The position numbers and the translations under genes were made by a program. Below, in pieces: positions 20,210 through 28,175 of a stretch of 64,000 nucleotides of DNA. The notes beneath the pieces were generated by a model, which searched no databases, was not told the origin of the DNA, and saw nothing but the letters and a program-made list of their open reading frames with translations. Position 1 is the first letter of the stretch. Each line of letters opens with the position of its first letter. The DNA comes from a virus: positions 1-64,000 of IMG/VR virus record IMGVR_UViG_3300024344_002032. The stretch is one strand, 5' to 3'.

Positions 20210-21373
20210 TTATCCTATATAAATTGGATAAGGAACTTTTTGCAGTTTCTCCTGTAATGCTTGAGCCTCATCCCTTTCTTGTTCCATAAGAGTTTTTCTA
20301 CTTGTTTGTTCTAACATCTCTCTTAATTGTGAAATCAAGAATTCTTTTTCAGTCTGAGCCTCTTGTCTCATTGTTTCACCATCTAAAGTTGTATCAGCAT
20401 TAGGAATAGGTATAGTTCCATATTTTCCTCTAATCATTCCTAATAATTCTTTACATAATGCTAATCCATATTTTCTAATCCATTGAACACCAACTGAATT
20501 AATAGAACCATATTTCATATCATCATATGGTATATTAGAATAATCTGAAACTACTCCAGATCCACTTGCAGTTCCATATGGTCTTCTTAATACATCATCT
20601 CTATCTTCTTTTACTACATAATCAAAATATAAATCTGAGGTTGCAGTAGGATTAGGGAATATTCTTAGTTGGTTATTCGTCATTTCAAAAGTATATGCTG
20701 ATTTTCGAATCGCATCATTAAACTCTATAGCTTGTATTCTTAATAAGTCTTCGTATACTGGCATTAATGTAAAAGATACAGCTGGTGAATAAGCACCAAA
20801 TCCAAATCCTTCTACTAAATTAATACTACCATATCCTGTAGTTGCATACGGGTCAAAATATCTTTGAATAGCAGGACTTGCTTCGTGATACACTCTTTTA
20901 ACCTCTATTCCTTTTCCACTTTCACTCACTTCTGAGAATAAAGCGTTTAAATCATATGTTTGTGAACCACTATGTATCGTAACTTTACCTTTTTTCCATT
21001 GAACATCACCACCTACACCAACTTCAGTTCCATATTGTTCTGAAAGTTCAATAGTTCTAGCCATACTTGGTTTAAGATTTCTATGTGTAAAATCTGAACC
21101 AGTAGGTTGTCCTTGTGCTACTAATAAATTGTCTTTTATGTTAAACTGATTGACTTGAGCTGCATATTCTGCTGTAGCTTCTTCATAACAAGCAAAGAAT
21201 TGTGCTGCTTGTAATTCAACGGATACAATTGGGTATCCAAGTCTTTTTGCACACCACTCTGAGAACTGTACCGATGCACTTGCAAAACCAGCTTCTGCGT
21301 CATATAACTGCCAGGGTGTTGAACCTGATGAGTTAAACGAAGCGCTTCCTGGCCAAATTGGCTGTTGTGCCAT
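20210..21373 (-). CDS. Neck/adaptor protein (T4 gp13-like)
   Basis: RLGYPIVSVEL and WIRKYGLALCKELLGMIRGKY...TLDG motifs. Confidence 0.85.
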   Translation of the reverse strand: MAQQPIWPGSASFNSSGSTPWQLYDAEAGFASASVQFSEWCAKRLGYPIVSVELQAAQFFACYEEATAEYAAQVNQFNIKDNLLVAQGQPTGSDFTHRNLKPSMARTIELSEQYGTEVGVGGDVQWKKGKVTIHSGSQTYDLNALFSEVSESGKGIEVKRVYHEASPAIQRYFDPYATTGYGSINLVEGFGFGAYSPAVSFTLMPVYEDLLRIQAIEFNDAIRKSAYTFEMTNNQLRIFPNPTATSDLYFDYVVKEDRDDVLRRPYGTASGSGVVSDYSNIPYDDMKYGSINSVGVQWIRKYGLALCKELLGMIRGKYGTIPIPNADTTLDGETMRQEAQTEKEFLISQLREMLEQTSRKTLMEQERDEAQALQEKLQKVPYPIYIG

Positions 21374-21429
21374 AAATTTCTCCTATATATAGAGTATTTA
21401 GATATATCTGATAATAAATATAAAATAAA

Positions 21430-21460
21430 CAAAAAAGGGGAAGTATTAAACTTCCCCTTT
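21430..21460 (-). terminator. Rho-independent terminator
   Basis: AAAGGGGAAGT-loop-ACTTCCCCTTT followed by a U-tract on the minus strand. Confidence 0.85.
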
Positions 21461-21483
21461 AATATAAACTAAATTAATAGTTA

Positions 21484-21951
21484 TTATGATTGATCTACCC
21501 AAGTTCCACGAACATCAGCAATATGCCAACCTACTGAACTCATACCAATTAAGTGAACAAAGTCTAATCTTGCTTGTGTTGCTTTAGTATTGATAATATC
21601 TTTATCATCCGTACCTGCTGCACCTGCAATATCAACTAAGAATTTATCACTTGAATTTGGTGAAATTGTCAATAATGCACCAGCGTCAGCTGCTGAATTA
21701 ACAACAATAAAAGAAGCACCAACTACCACTGCTGGTAATGTTAGTGTTTTTGCATCTGTAGCGATATTAACATAAGCACCAACTTGAACACTATGTGTTG
21801 CTACTGCTAATGTAGTATCGGCGGTTAGTGTTACAGCTGAAAGACCACTAAAAGCAGGATATGCTCCTTGTGAATCAGCTAAATCATCAAAATATCTACC
21901 ATGTGAACGGCGTAAGGCATTTTTAATATTACCTCTTGTGTCTACACCCAT
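21484..21951 (-). CDS. Probable head decoration/fibre protein (155 aa)
   Basis: Start MGVDTRG at 21951 after an AGGAG SD; TLTLPAVVVGASFIVVN beta motif; has its own transcription unit directly after the capsid gene. Confidence 0.6.
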   Translation of the reverse strand: MGVDTRGNIKNALRRSHGRYFDDLADSQGAYPAFSGLSAVTLTADTTLAVATHSVQVGAYVNIATDAKTLTLPAVVVGASFIVVNSAADAGALLTISPNSSDKFLVDIAGAAGTDDKDIINTKATQARLDFVHLIGMSSVGWHIADVRGTWVDQS

Positions 21952-21987
21952 TTGATTTCTCCTAATTAAAATTAATAAATATCCTAC

Positions 21988-22077
21988 GATAGAGGTTAAC
22001 CGAAGTCGAGGCTCTATCATTGTATTTATGAAGTGAAAGGTTAACCGAAGTCGAGGCTCTCACCCATCGAATACAAT
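21988..22077 (-). ncRNA. Candidate structured RNA: twin hairpins sharing a 23-nt core
   Basis: AGGTTAACCGAAGTCGAGGCTCT occurs at 21993-22015 and 22038-22060. Each copy folds with a UUCG loop and a different but pairing outer stem. Confidence 0.65.
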
Positions 22078-22094
22078 AATAAATATCAGGACAC

Positions 22095-22127
22095 AAAAAA
22101 AGGGTGATATAAATACCACCCTTTTTT
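22095..22127 (-). terminator. Terminator after the major capsid gene
   Basis: AAAAAAGGGTG...CACCCTTTTTT; preceded on the transcript by a second hairpin ATAAGGAT-TTCG-ATCCTTAT (22133-22152). Confidence 0.85.
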
Positions 22128-22166
22128 CAAATATAAGGATCGAAATCCTTATTAATGTACTAACTA

Positions 22167-23807
22167 TTATACATAGTTAACATCAGCAACGATCACAGTA
22201 CCGTAGAATTCTGGTCTAACCATCTTCTTCGCGTATCTTGTCATTACACCTTTACGTGGTGTAAAGTTCTTTGGATCGTAAACTAATGGAGTCATTATAA
22301 GAGGTACATAAGGAGCATATACTGCGCCAGTTTCTAAGAAATTACTTCCTCTGAAACCAACAAGTATTTTGTTTTCCTGCATATATGGGTTCTTATAAAC
22401 AGTATATCTGTTATTAAGAGCACCAACTTTTTGTACGCCCATAGCGAATGACTTATTAGCTGCATCAGCATCAGAATCAGAAGCGTATCCAGGAATACTC
22501 TCTATAATAGTTGCTGTTTCAGGTGAAACCACCATGAAATTAGCACCACCACGTAGAGTTTTCTGATGGATTGCATTTGATACTGCTTGTATTTTGTTTC
22601 CAAGTGTCTGGAACCAATCGCCTTTTGTGTAAGCGTTGGATGCACCTGAAGACTCAACAAATGAAGTAGAAGCAGAATCGTATTCATATCCGACTCTTGC
22701 TGACCACTTTTCTTCTTTAGCAGATGCGCCTGCCATTAACATATCAAGGATTTCAAGATCAATTTCCATTGAAATGTATTCACTTAACATAGCTGTCAAT
22801 TCAGCTTCAGCGTCAACACTATGATATGCATTCAAGTCTTGAGCTAGCTCAGGTGACCATACTGCTTTCAATTTACGTGTCTTCGCAACTATTGCGACAG
22901 ATTTAAGTGAGATGTCGATTTCTGGAATGTCAATATCAGATTCAGGATTTGCGTCAAATCCAGCTGCTGATTGTTCAAAATCGCCGCGAGTTGTGTCTGT
23001 TGGTGATTTGTGGTACTTGACTTCCCAAGAACCTGTAAATGCTGCAAGAGTTGTTCCTGCATTGTTTGGATCTACAACAAATACTACATTACTTGCACTA
23101 AATTTAGTGTAAGCTGGATATTGTGTAGAAATTGAAGATCCGTTTGAACCTGTGATTGAGAATGCTCTCACACCATCTTCATCAAGTGCTGCGTTGATAC
23201 TTGCTTTAGGTACTGTTAACCTAACCAAGTTTCCAGCTGCTATAGATGCAGATAGATCAGGTTCGAAATCAACGTCAGACCATACTGCAGATGCAGAAAC
23301 TAGCGAACTAGCTTGGTTAATAGTTACACGTTGATCATTAATTGAATATCCAAATTTGCCAGCGCCATAAAGACCGCCCGATGCGTCAGCGTTTGACTTA
23401 GAAGTATTACCAAAAACATCACTATTTTCAGTTTGCTGCCCTGATTGTGCAGATCCATACTTGAAGTCAAGATAGAAGATAAGTCCACTTGGTAGGTTCA
23501 TAGGTTGAACACTAACAAATTCTTGTGCTGCTAACTCACCAAAGATTCTACGAACCAATGGTAATGCTACACCTGACCACTCTTCTTGGTTAGAAGCAGT
23601 ACCTGTGCGACTTGCTTCGTCAATAAGTTGACGAGCTTGGTTTTCAAGAAGAACAGCCATACCATGTGTCTGCGTTTCTCCTTCAATACCTTCTAAAAGT
23701 CCAGTGGGCTCCCACTTCTTCACTAACTCACGAGTTTGCTCAAGCAACTGACGATGAGGGTTATACCCTTCCATCAATTTTGTTAAATTGCCTGCGTTTT
23801 CGCTCAT
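22167..23807 (-). CDS. Major capsid protein (T4 gp23-like)
   Basis: LLENQ, LPLVRR, VQPMNLPSGLIF, AKTRKLKAVWSPELAQDL, YAPYVPL and GVMTRY. Confidence 0.97.
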   Translation of the reverse strand: MSENAGNLTKLMEGYNPHRQLLEQTRELVKKWEPTGLLEGIEGETQTHGMAVLLENQARQLIDEASRTGTASNQEEWSGVALPLVRRIFGELAAQEFVSVQPMNLPSGLIFYLDFKYGSAQSGQQTENSDVFGNTSKSNADASGGLYGAGKFGYSINDQRVTINQASSLVSASAVWSDVDFEPDLSASIAAGNLVRLTVPKASINAALDEDGVRAFSITGSNGSSISTQYPAYTKFSASNVVFVVDPNNAGTTLAAFTGSWEVKYHKSPTDTTRGDFEQSAAGFDANPESDIDIPEIDISLKSVAIVAKTRKLKAVWSPELAQDLNAYHSVDAEAELTAMLSEYISMEIDLEILDMLMAGASAKEEKWSARVGYEYDSASTSFVESSGASNAYTKGDWFQTLGNKIQAVSNAIHQKTLRGGANFMVVSPETATIIESIPGYASDSDADAANKSFAMGVQKVGALNNRYTVYKNPYMQENKILVGFRGSNFLETGAVYAPYVPLIMTPLVYDPKNFTPRKGVMTRYAKKMVRPEFYGTVIVADVNYV

Positions 23808-23830
23808 TTTAATTCTCCAAAAGAATGTTA

Positions 23831-25054
23831 TTAAAGAATATTAGCCAACTTCTGGAAGCGTTGTTTCATATCTGTGCCTTCAGAAATTATTTCTTCTTGC
23901 TTTTCAGACTTTGTAGAAGCAACAGCTTTAGATGCTGAGCCTTTATGTTCTTTAATAGGTTTAATATTTTCGTTACTAAAATTCTCAGCTACAGTTGCAT
24001 ATACCAACTTGATTTCTCTAAGAGTTTTAGCTCGATCGAATGTTTCAACTACTTTCATCTTCTGCTCGTTATTCATTCCAAACGCTCTAAAGAGTTTGTT
24101 TGTGAATAAGAGTTTAGCATTAAGTAAATTGACTTCATTTAGTTTTTCACGTAGATATTTCACTACCTTGCGATGCTCTTTAAGGTCTCCCTTAAGCGTT
24201 TCAACTTCTTCAGTAGTAGCTGCTGCTTCATCTTCTGTAAGTGCTTTAATCACTTCTTCTAAATCAACATCTTCTTCTACTTCCTCGGCTTCGTCAACTT
24301 CTTCAGCTTCGTCAACTTCTTCTGCTTCATCTACTGATTCGTCAGCTTCATCAACTTCTTCTGCTTCTTTAAGTTTTCCTTTGCCAGGATCTTCCTCATC
24401 AGAACCCGAAGCTTGCTTCACGCCAGTACCTTTACCGATACCAGATGATGTTGATTGTTCATCAACTTCTTCAGCTTCGTCAACTTCTTCTGCTTCATCT
24501 ACTTCTTCAGCTTCATCTACAGAATCGTCTTCAAGTTCTTTTAGGATTTCGTCTAGATCTAAGTCTTCATCCATCTCATCATCATCTTCATCTTTCATCT
24601 CATCAACTTCTTCAGCTTCATCAACTTCTTCAGTTTCAGAAATAGGTGCATATTTAACACCATTGATTTCGATAACGCCTTCATCTTCCATCTCTTCTTC
24701 GTCGCCCATGTCATCTTCGTCGCCCATATCGTCTTCAGGTGCTTCTTCGCCCATGTCTTCTTCATCACCCATATCGTCTTCAGGTGCTTCATCATCCATC
24801 TCATCACCATCGCGAGACATATACTTGCTAGCCATTTCATCAGCTTCAGGAGCTTCTTCATCTTCATCTTCATCTTCAAGTTCATCGATATCTAATTCAT
24901 CGACTGCATCTTCCATTTCAGATTGAATCTTTTTAGAAAGCATAGATTTTAAACGAGGAGTAAACGCTTCTTCAAGAGCCAGTTTTGCGTTAGCAAGTGC
25001 AGTTTCACGAACCGCTTTTGCGTCAGCAATTGCATCTTTTAAAAGTTCATCCAT
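23831..25054 (-). CDS. Prohead core scaffold protein (gp22-like)
   Basis: Very acidic and helical, immediately upstream of the capsid gene; AIADAKAVRETALANAK and LNEVNLLNAKLL; DEAEEV repeats. Confidence 0.85.
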   Translation of the reverse strand: MDELLKDAIADAKAVRETALANAKLALEEAFTPRLKSMLSKKIQSEMEDAVDELDIDELEDEDEDEEAPEADEMASKYMSRDGDEMDDEAPEDDMGDEEDMGEEAPEDDMGDEDDMGDEEEMEDEGVIEINGVKYAPISETEEVDEAEEVDEMKDEDDDEMDEDLDLDEILKELEDDSVDEAEEVDEAEEVDEAEEVDEQSTSSGIGKGTGVKQASGSDEEDPGKGKLKEAEEVDEADESVDEAEEVDEAEEVDEAEEVEEDVDLEEVIKALTEDEAAATTEEVETLKGDLKEHRKVVKYLREKLNEVNLLNAKLLFTNKLFRAFGMNNEQKMKVVETFDRAKTLREIKLVYATVAENFSNENIKPIKEHKGSASKAVASTKSEKQEEIISEGTDMKQRFQKLANIL

Positions 25055-25176
25055 TTTAATTCTCCATAATTGGATTCAGTATAGTTATTGGGAACTATAA
25101 TAAGTTGTATTAACTTCAGGTACACTTTATGATGTATTAGAATAATACGAAAGTGTATTTCGTTTTATATAAATAT
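25055..25176 (-). promoter_or_regulatory. Promoter-like motif plus multi-hairpin 5' leader of the scaffold-capsid operon
   Basis: ATATTTATA at 25168-25176; stems 25121-28/25150-57, 25134-39/25143-48, 25102-06/25112-16, 25080-86/25093-99 and 25063-66/25071-74. Confidence 0.6.
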
Positions 25177-25191
25177 ATAAAACTCTAAAAA

Positions 25192-25383
25192 TCAATCAAA
25201 TTTTGATTGTCTTTTAGCTCTAGCTTTTGCTTTAGCTTTTTTCTCTTTTCTAATTTCTGATGGTTTAGTGTAAAATTCTCTTTCTCTTAATTCATAAAGA
25301 ATCTTACTATCTTTAACCTTTTTTTTGAAAATTGATATTGCTTTTTCTATCGATTGTCCTTTTCGGACTTTTACTTCTATCAA
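25192..25383 (-). CDS. rpsU: Phage-encoded 30S ribosomal protein bS21
   Basis: IEVKVRKGQSIEKAISIFKKKV...ELREREFYTKPSEIRKEK is the bS21 signature; TTG start after a GAGG SD. Confidence 0.92.
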   Translation of the reverse strand: MIEVKVRKGQSIEKAISIFKKKVKDSKILYELREREFYTKPSEIRKEKKAKAKARAKRQSKFD

Positions 25384-25391
25384 ATAAACCT

Positions 25392-26021
25392 CTACTTTTT
25401 AACTGCTTTAGTAACTGCTTGTCTTCTTTTATGTAGATATCTGTCTGAATCGTCTGTATCACCATCATTATCTATATCTTTATCATCTCTATCTTCAAAA
25501 TCATCTTCAGGTTCTACTTTGCTTGGGTCGACTTTATCCATAGCTTCATCTAAATCATAATATCTACCAAGAATGTGTCCCATATCTTCATATAGAGATT
25601 CCATTCTTTGTTGTAGTGCGTTTGCTTCTTTTGCTATCTTTGTAAACTCACCAGAAGTATTTCCTAATGATTTCATATTCTTATTAATTGTAACTTTGTC
25701 AAACCAATCATCGGTTTCTTGTAAAGTTGCTATACGAGCTTTTTCAGCTAACTCAGAAAGACCTTTAGCGACATCACGAAGTGATCCTTCTCTATAAATC
25801 ATTTCACCCATACGGCTGAAGTTCTTTACTTCTTCTACGAATGCTCCTGCATCCACACGTTTTTTATCTTCACCAAACCATTCACCCTCTACTAAGTCTT
25901 TCATACCGGGTACTGATACAGTATTAGATGGTCTCAATGTAACTAAACCACCAACTGTAGAAAACGGTTGTGTTCCAAAGTTTTCTTTGATTAAATCTTT
26001 CATTTTTATGTCTTTAGCCAT
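25392..26021 (-). CDS. Probable internal head/core protein
   Basis: IKMKDLIKE tag; C-terminal DKDIDNDGDTDDSDRYLHKRR motif. Confidence 0.6.
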   Translation of the reverse strand: MAKDIKMKDLIKENFGTQPFSTVGGLVTLRPSNTVSVPGMKDLVEGEWFGEDKKRVDAGAFVEEVKNFSRMGEMIYREGSLRDVAKGLSELAEKARIATLQETDDWFDKVTINKNMKSLGNTSGEFTKIAKEANALQQRMESLYEDMGHILGRYYDLDEAMDKVDPSKVEPEDDFEDRDDKDIDNDGDTDDSDRYLHKRRQAVTKAVKK

Positions 26022-26052
26022 AATTAACTCCTATATAGATATAAATATAAAC

Positions 26053-27012
26053 TTATCTAAGTTTTCCTCTTTTTGAATATCTTCTGAACCCACTTCTTAC
26101 TTTATTCCAAAGTACTCTCATAAAATCTCTTTCGCCTGTATGAGTATCTCTAATTGGACCACTCATAATAGCTCTTTGTAAATCGAATGCATCATATTTT
26201 TTTGCTTTTACTCCATCCATCATTTTCTTAATTGACATTTGTGATGCTTTTCCTAAAATCTTTGACATACCTATAATGTCTTTTTCAGCCATCTTCTGTG
26301 CTTCTGGTGAACTATAAGGTAATTGTGATGGTGAGGTAATTGGTGCTTCACTTACGGATTCTTTTACTGGTGCTTGTCCTAACTTTTTTCTAATAACATT
26401 AATTTGTTTTTTAATTTTTTTCTGTGCTGGACTACCAGGTAATTGTTTCATAGCTTTAGCTAATAAGATAATCTGTTGCATTTCTAATGAACTCATTTTT
26501 CTAGCCATCATAATGCCTGATGTTGGATTTGATACTTCTTTTAATTGATGAGCCATCTTCAATTTTTGTTTTTTAGTATCTGAAGTACCTGTAACTTTAT
26601 ATCCTAATTGTTCTGCATTTTCTATTCTTGCTTTTTCGAACTTATCTCTATCTTTACCTTTAAGTTCTCCACCGAAACCCTCATCAGTTACCTTTTCAGG
26701 ATCGTATTCGAAATCGGGATCTTCGGGCATTCTATAACCCTTTACAGTAACAGCTTTAGGTCTAACTGCCATAACAGTTTCTCTAACCCTTTTAGCACCA
26801 TATTTAGCTATTAATCTTTTTAATTCTTCTTTTTTCACCTTATTTGGTAATCCCTTATGTTTAGTTGAAGCATACTTTTTAGTATCTTTTTTCTTCATTC
26901 CCTTAGCGGCATCTTTTACATCCTTAGATACCTCTGAACCTTTAAGTTCACCCTTTTTATAAGCATGAACCATTCCCATAAATCTTTGTTGTGCTTTAGA
27001 CTTAGATGGCAT
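26053..27012 (-). CDS. Modular basic protein with a DUF3008-like N-terminus (probable internal protein)
   Basis: MPSKSKAQQRFMGMVHAYKKGE...YASTKHKGLP. Confidence 0.65.
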   Translation of the reverse strand: MPSKSKAQQRFMGMVHAYKKGELKGSEVSKDVKDAAKGMKKKDTKKYASTKHKGLPNKVKKEELKRLIAKYGAKRVRETVMAVRPKAVTVKGYRMPEDPDFEYDPEKVTDEGFGGELKGKDRDKFEKARIENAEQLGYKVTGTSDTKKQKLKMAHQLKEVSNPTSGIMMARKMSSLEMQQIILLAKAMKQLPGSPAQKKIKKQINVIRKKLGQAPVKESVSEAPITSPSQLPYSSPEAQKMAEKDIIGMSKILGKASQMSIKKMMDGVKAKKYDAFDLQRAIMSGPIRDTHTGERDFMRVLWNKVRSGFRRYSKRGKLR

Positions 27013-27371
27013 TACATCATCCTTTTTAATACCCTCAATATAGCTTTATGTGTATCACCATATTGTGAATTATAATTATCTCTGTCAACTTCTACATCTA
27101 TTTTAGATGCCAACATAGCTAATTGTCTAATTGCTTGTTTTCTATCACCAATCAAATATCTTGTCATAGCATCAGCTAATTTTCTATCCATTTGTTCTGT
27201 AACAACTGGTTTATTTTCTTGATGTTTTTTCATCACACTTGATAGTGTAGGTAATGGTTCTCCAAACTCTCTATCAAGATTTTTATTTTCTGTTATAGAT
27301 TCCTTTGTGGAACAACAATCTCCACCACATTCACAATCGTTTTCTTTTATTAAATCTTTTAATTTTATCAT
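27012..27371 (-). CDS. Hypothetical protein with MIKLKD tag
   Basis: MIKLKDLIKE, CECGGDCC and REFGEPLPTL. Confidence 0.7.
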   Translation of the reverse strand: MIKLKDLIKENDCECGGDCCSTKESITENKNLDREFGEPLPTLSSVMKKHQENKPVVTEQMDRKLADAMTRYLIGDRKQAIRQLAMLASKIDVEVDRDNYNSQYGDTHKAILRVLKRMM

Positions 27372-27372
27372 T

Positions 27373-27708
27373 TTATCTCACCTTAATACTTAAAATTTTA
27401 TCAGAAATCATATTTGGCATCATTCCCATTCTAGCTCTAAACCTAATATTAAGTTTCTTTTTATCTATTACAAACTCATAATTATTAAATACTTTTGGTT
27501 TTGGCTTCAGATTAGCTACAGTTATAAAATAAAAATTATCATTCTCATGTGTTTTCTTAACTCTAAACTTTGCTTTTTCTTTTCTCGGTGGTTTAACACG
27601 TGTGAGAATATATTCAGCCTCTATAAATTTAGGATTACGAAACTGCATAACTTTTCGTACTATAGTTGGACTTACTCGTTCCATTATGATGTCTTTTAAC
27701 TTAATCAT
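27373..27708 (-). CDS. Basic hypothetical protein with MIKLKD tag
   Basis: True start MIKLKDIIME at 27708 (ATGA overlap). Confidence 0.7.
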   Translation of the reverse strand: MIKLKDIIMERVSPTIVRKVMQFRNPKFIEAEYILTRVKPPRKEKAKFRVKKTHENDNFYFITVANLKPKPKVFNNYEFVIDKKKLNIRFRARMGMMPNMISDKILSIKVR

Positions 27709-28175
27709 TTTAGTTCTTTCCAATCTTTTGGATTACTATATCGTGATACATAATACCACTTATTATCTTTAACCGACCAAATGTACATATATTCTGTACC
27801 ACCACTCCAACGATGTCTACCCTTGAGTAAATCTTCACGATCTTTTGATTTATTTATAGCACTAGATTTTTGACCTCTATCTCGACCATGAAATACAGTT
27901 TCACCTTTTTTAGCATCACCGAACTTATGACCTGGTCCACCTTTCATACTTTTATCAATAGAAGAAATACCAGCTCTACCAAGTTTCAGCAATTGTTTAA
28001 CTTTACCTGTATTAGAATAATATCTTTTTAACATCTTACCTGCATATTCTGGATAACCATCCCAATGTCCGTAAGTTGTAGTTACTTTACCATTTGGCTC
28101 TTCAATTCCTACATTCCATCGAGTTGCTTCTGTAATTAAAGTGCTTTCTCTGATTATATCTTTTAACTTAATCAT
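27705..28175 (-). CDS. Conserved phage protein of the YxHWDGYP type with MIKLKD tag
   Basis: MIKLKDIIRE...YGHWDGYPE...FHGRDRG...EYMYIW. Confidence 0.7.
   Translation of the reverse strand: MIKLKDIIRESTLITEATRWNVGIEEPNGKVTTTYGHWDGYPEYAGKMLKRYYSNTGKVKQLLKLGRAGISSIDKSMKGGPGHKFGDAKKGETVFHGRDRGQKSSAINKSKDREDLLKGRHRWSGGTEYMYIWSVKDNKWYYVSRYSNPKDWKELK

Noticed and set aside
21993-22060. Two 23-bp direct repeats with a 22-bp gap as a mini-CRISPR array
   Set aside because: There are only two units, the gap sequence forms the outer stems of both hairpins, and no cas genes are present. A structured RNA fits better.
23874-24926. 350-aa Ser-rich plus-strand ORF
   Set aside because: It is the antisense of the Glu/Asp-rich scaffold codons.
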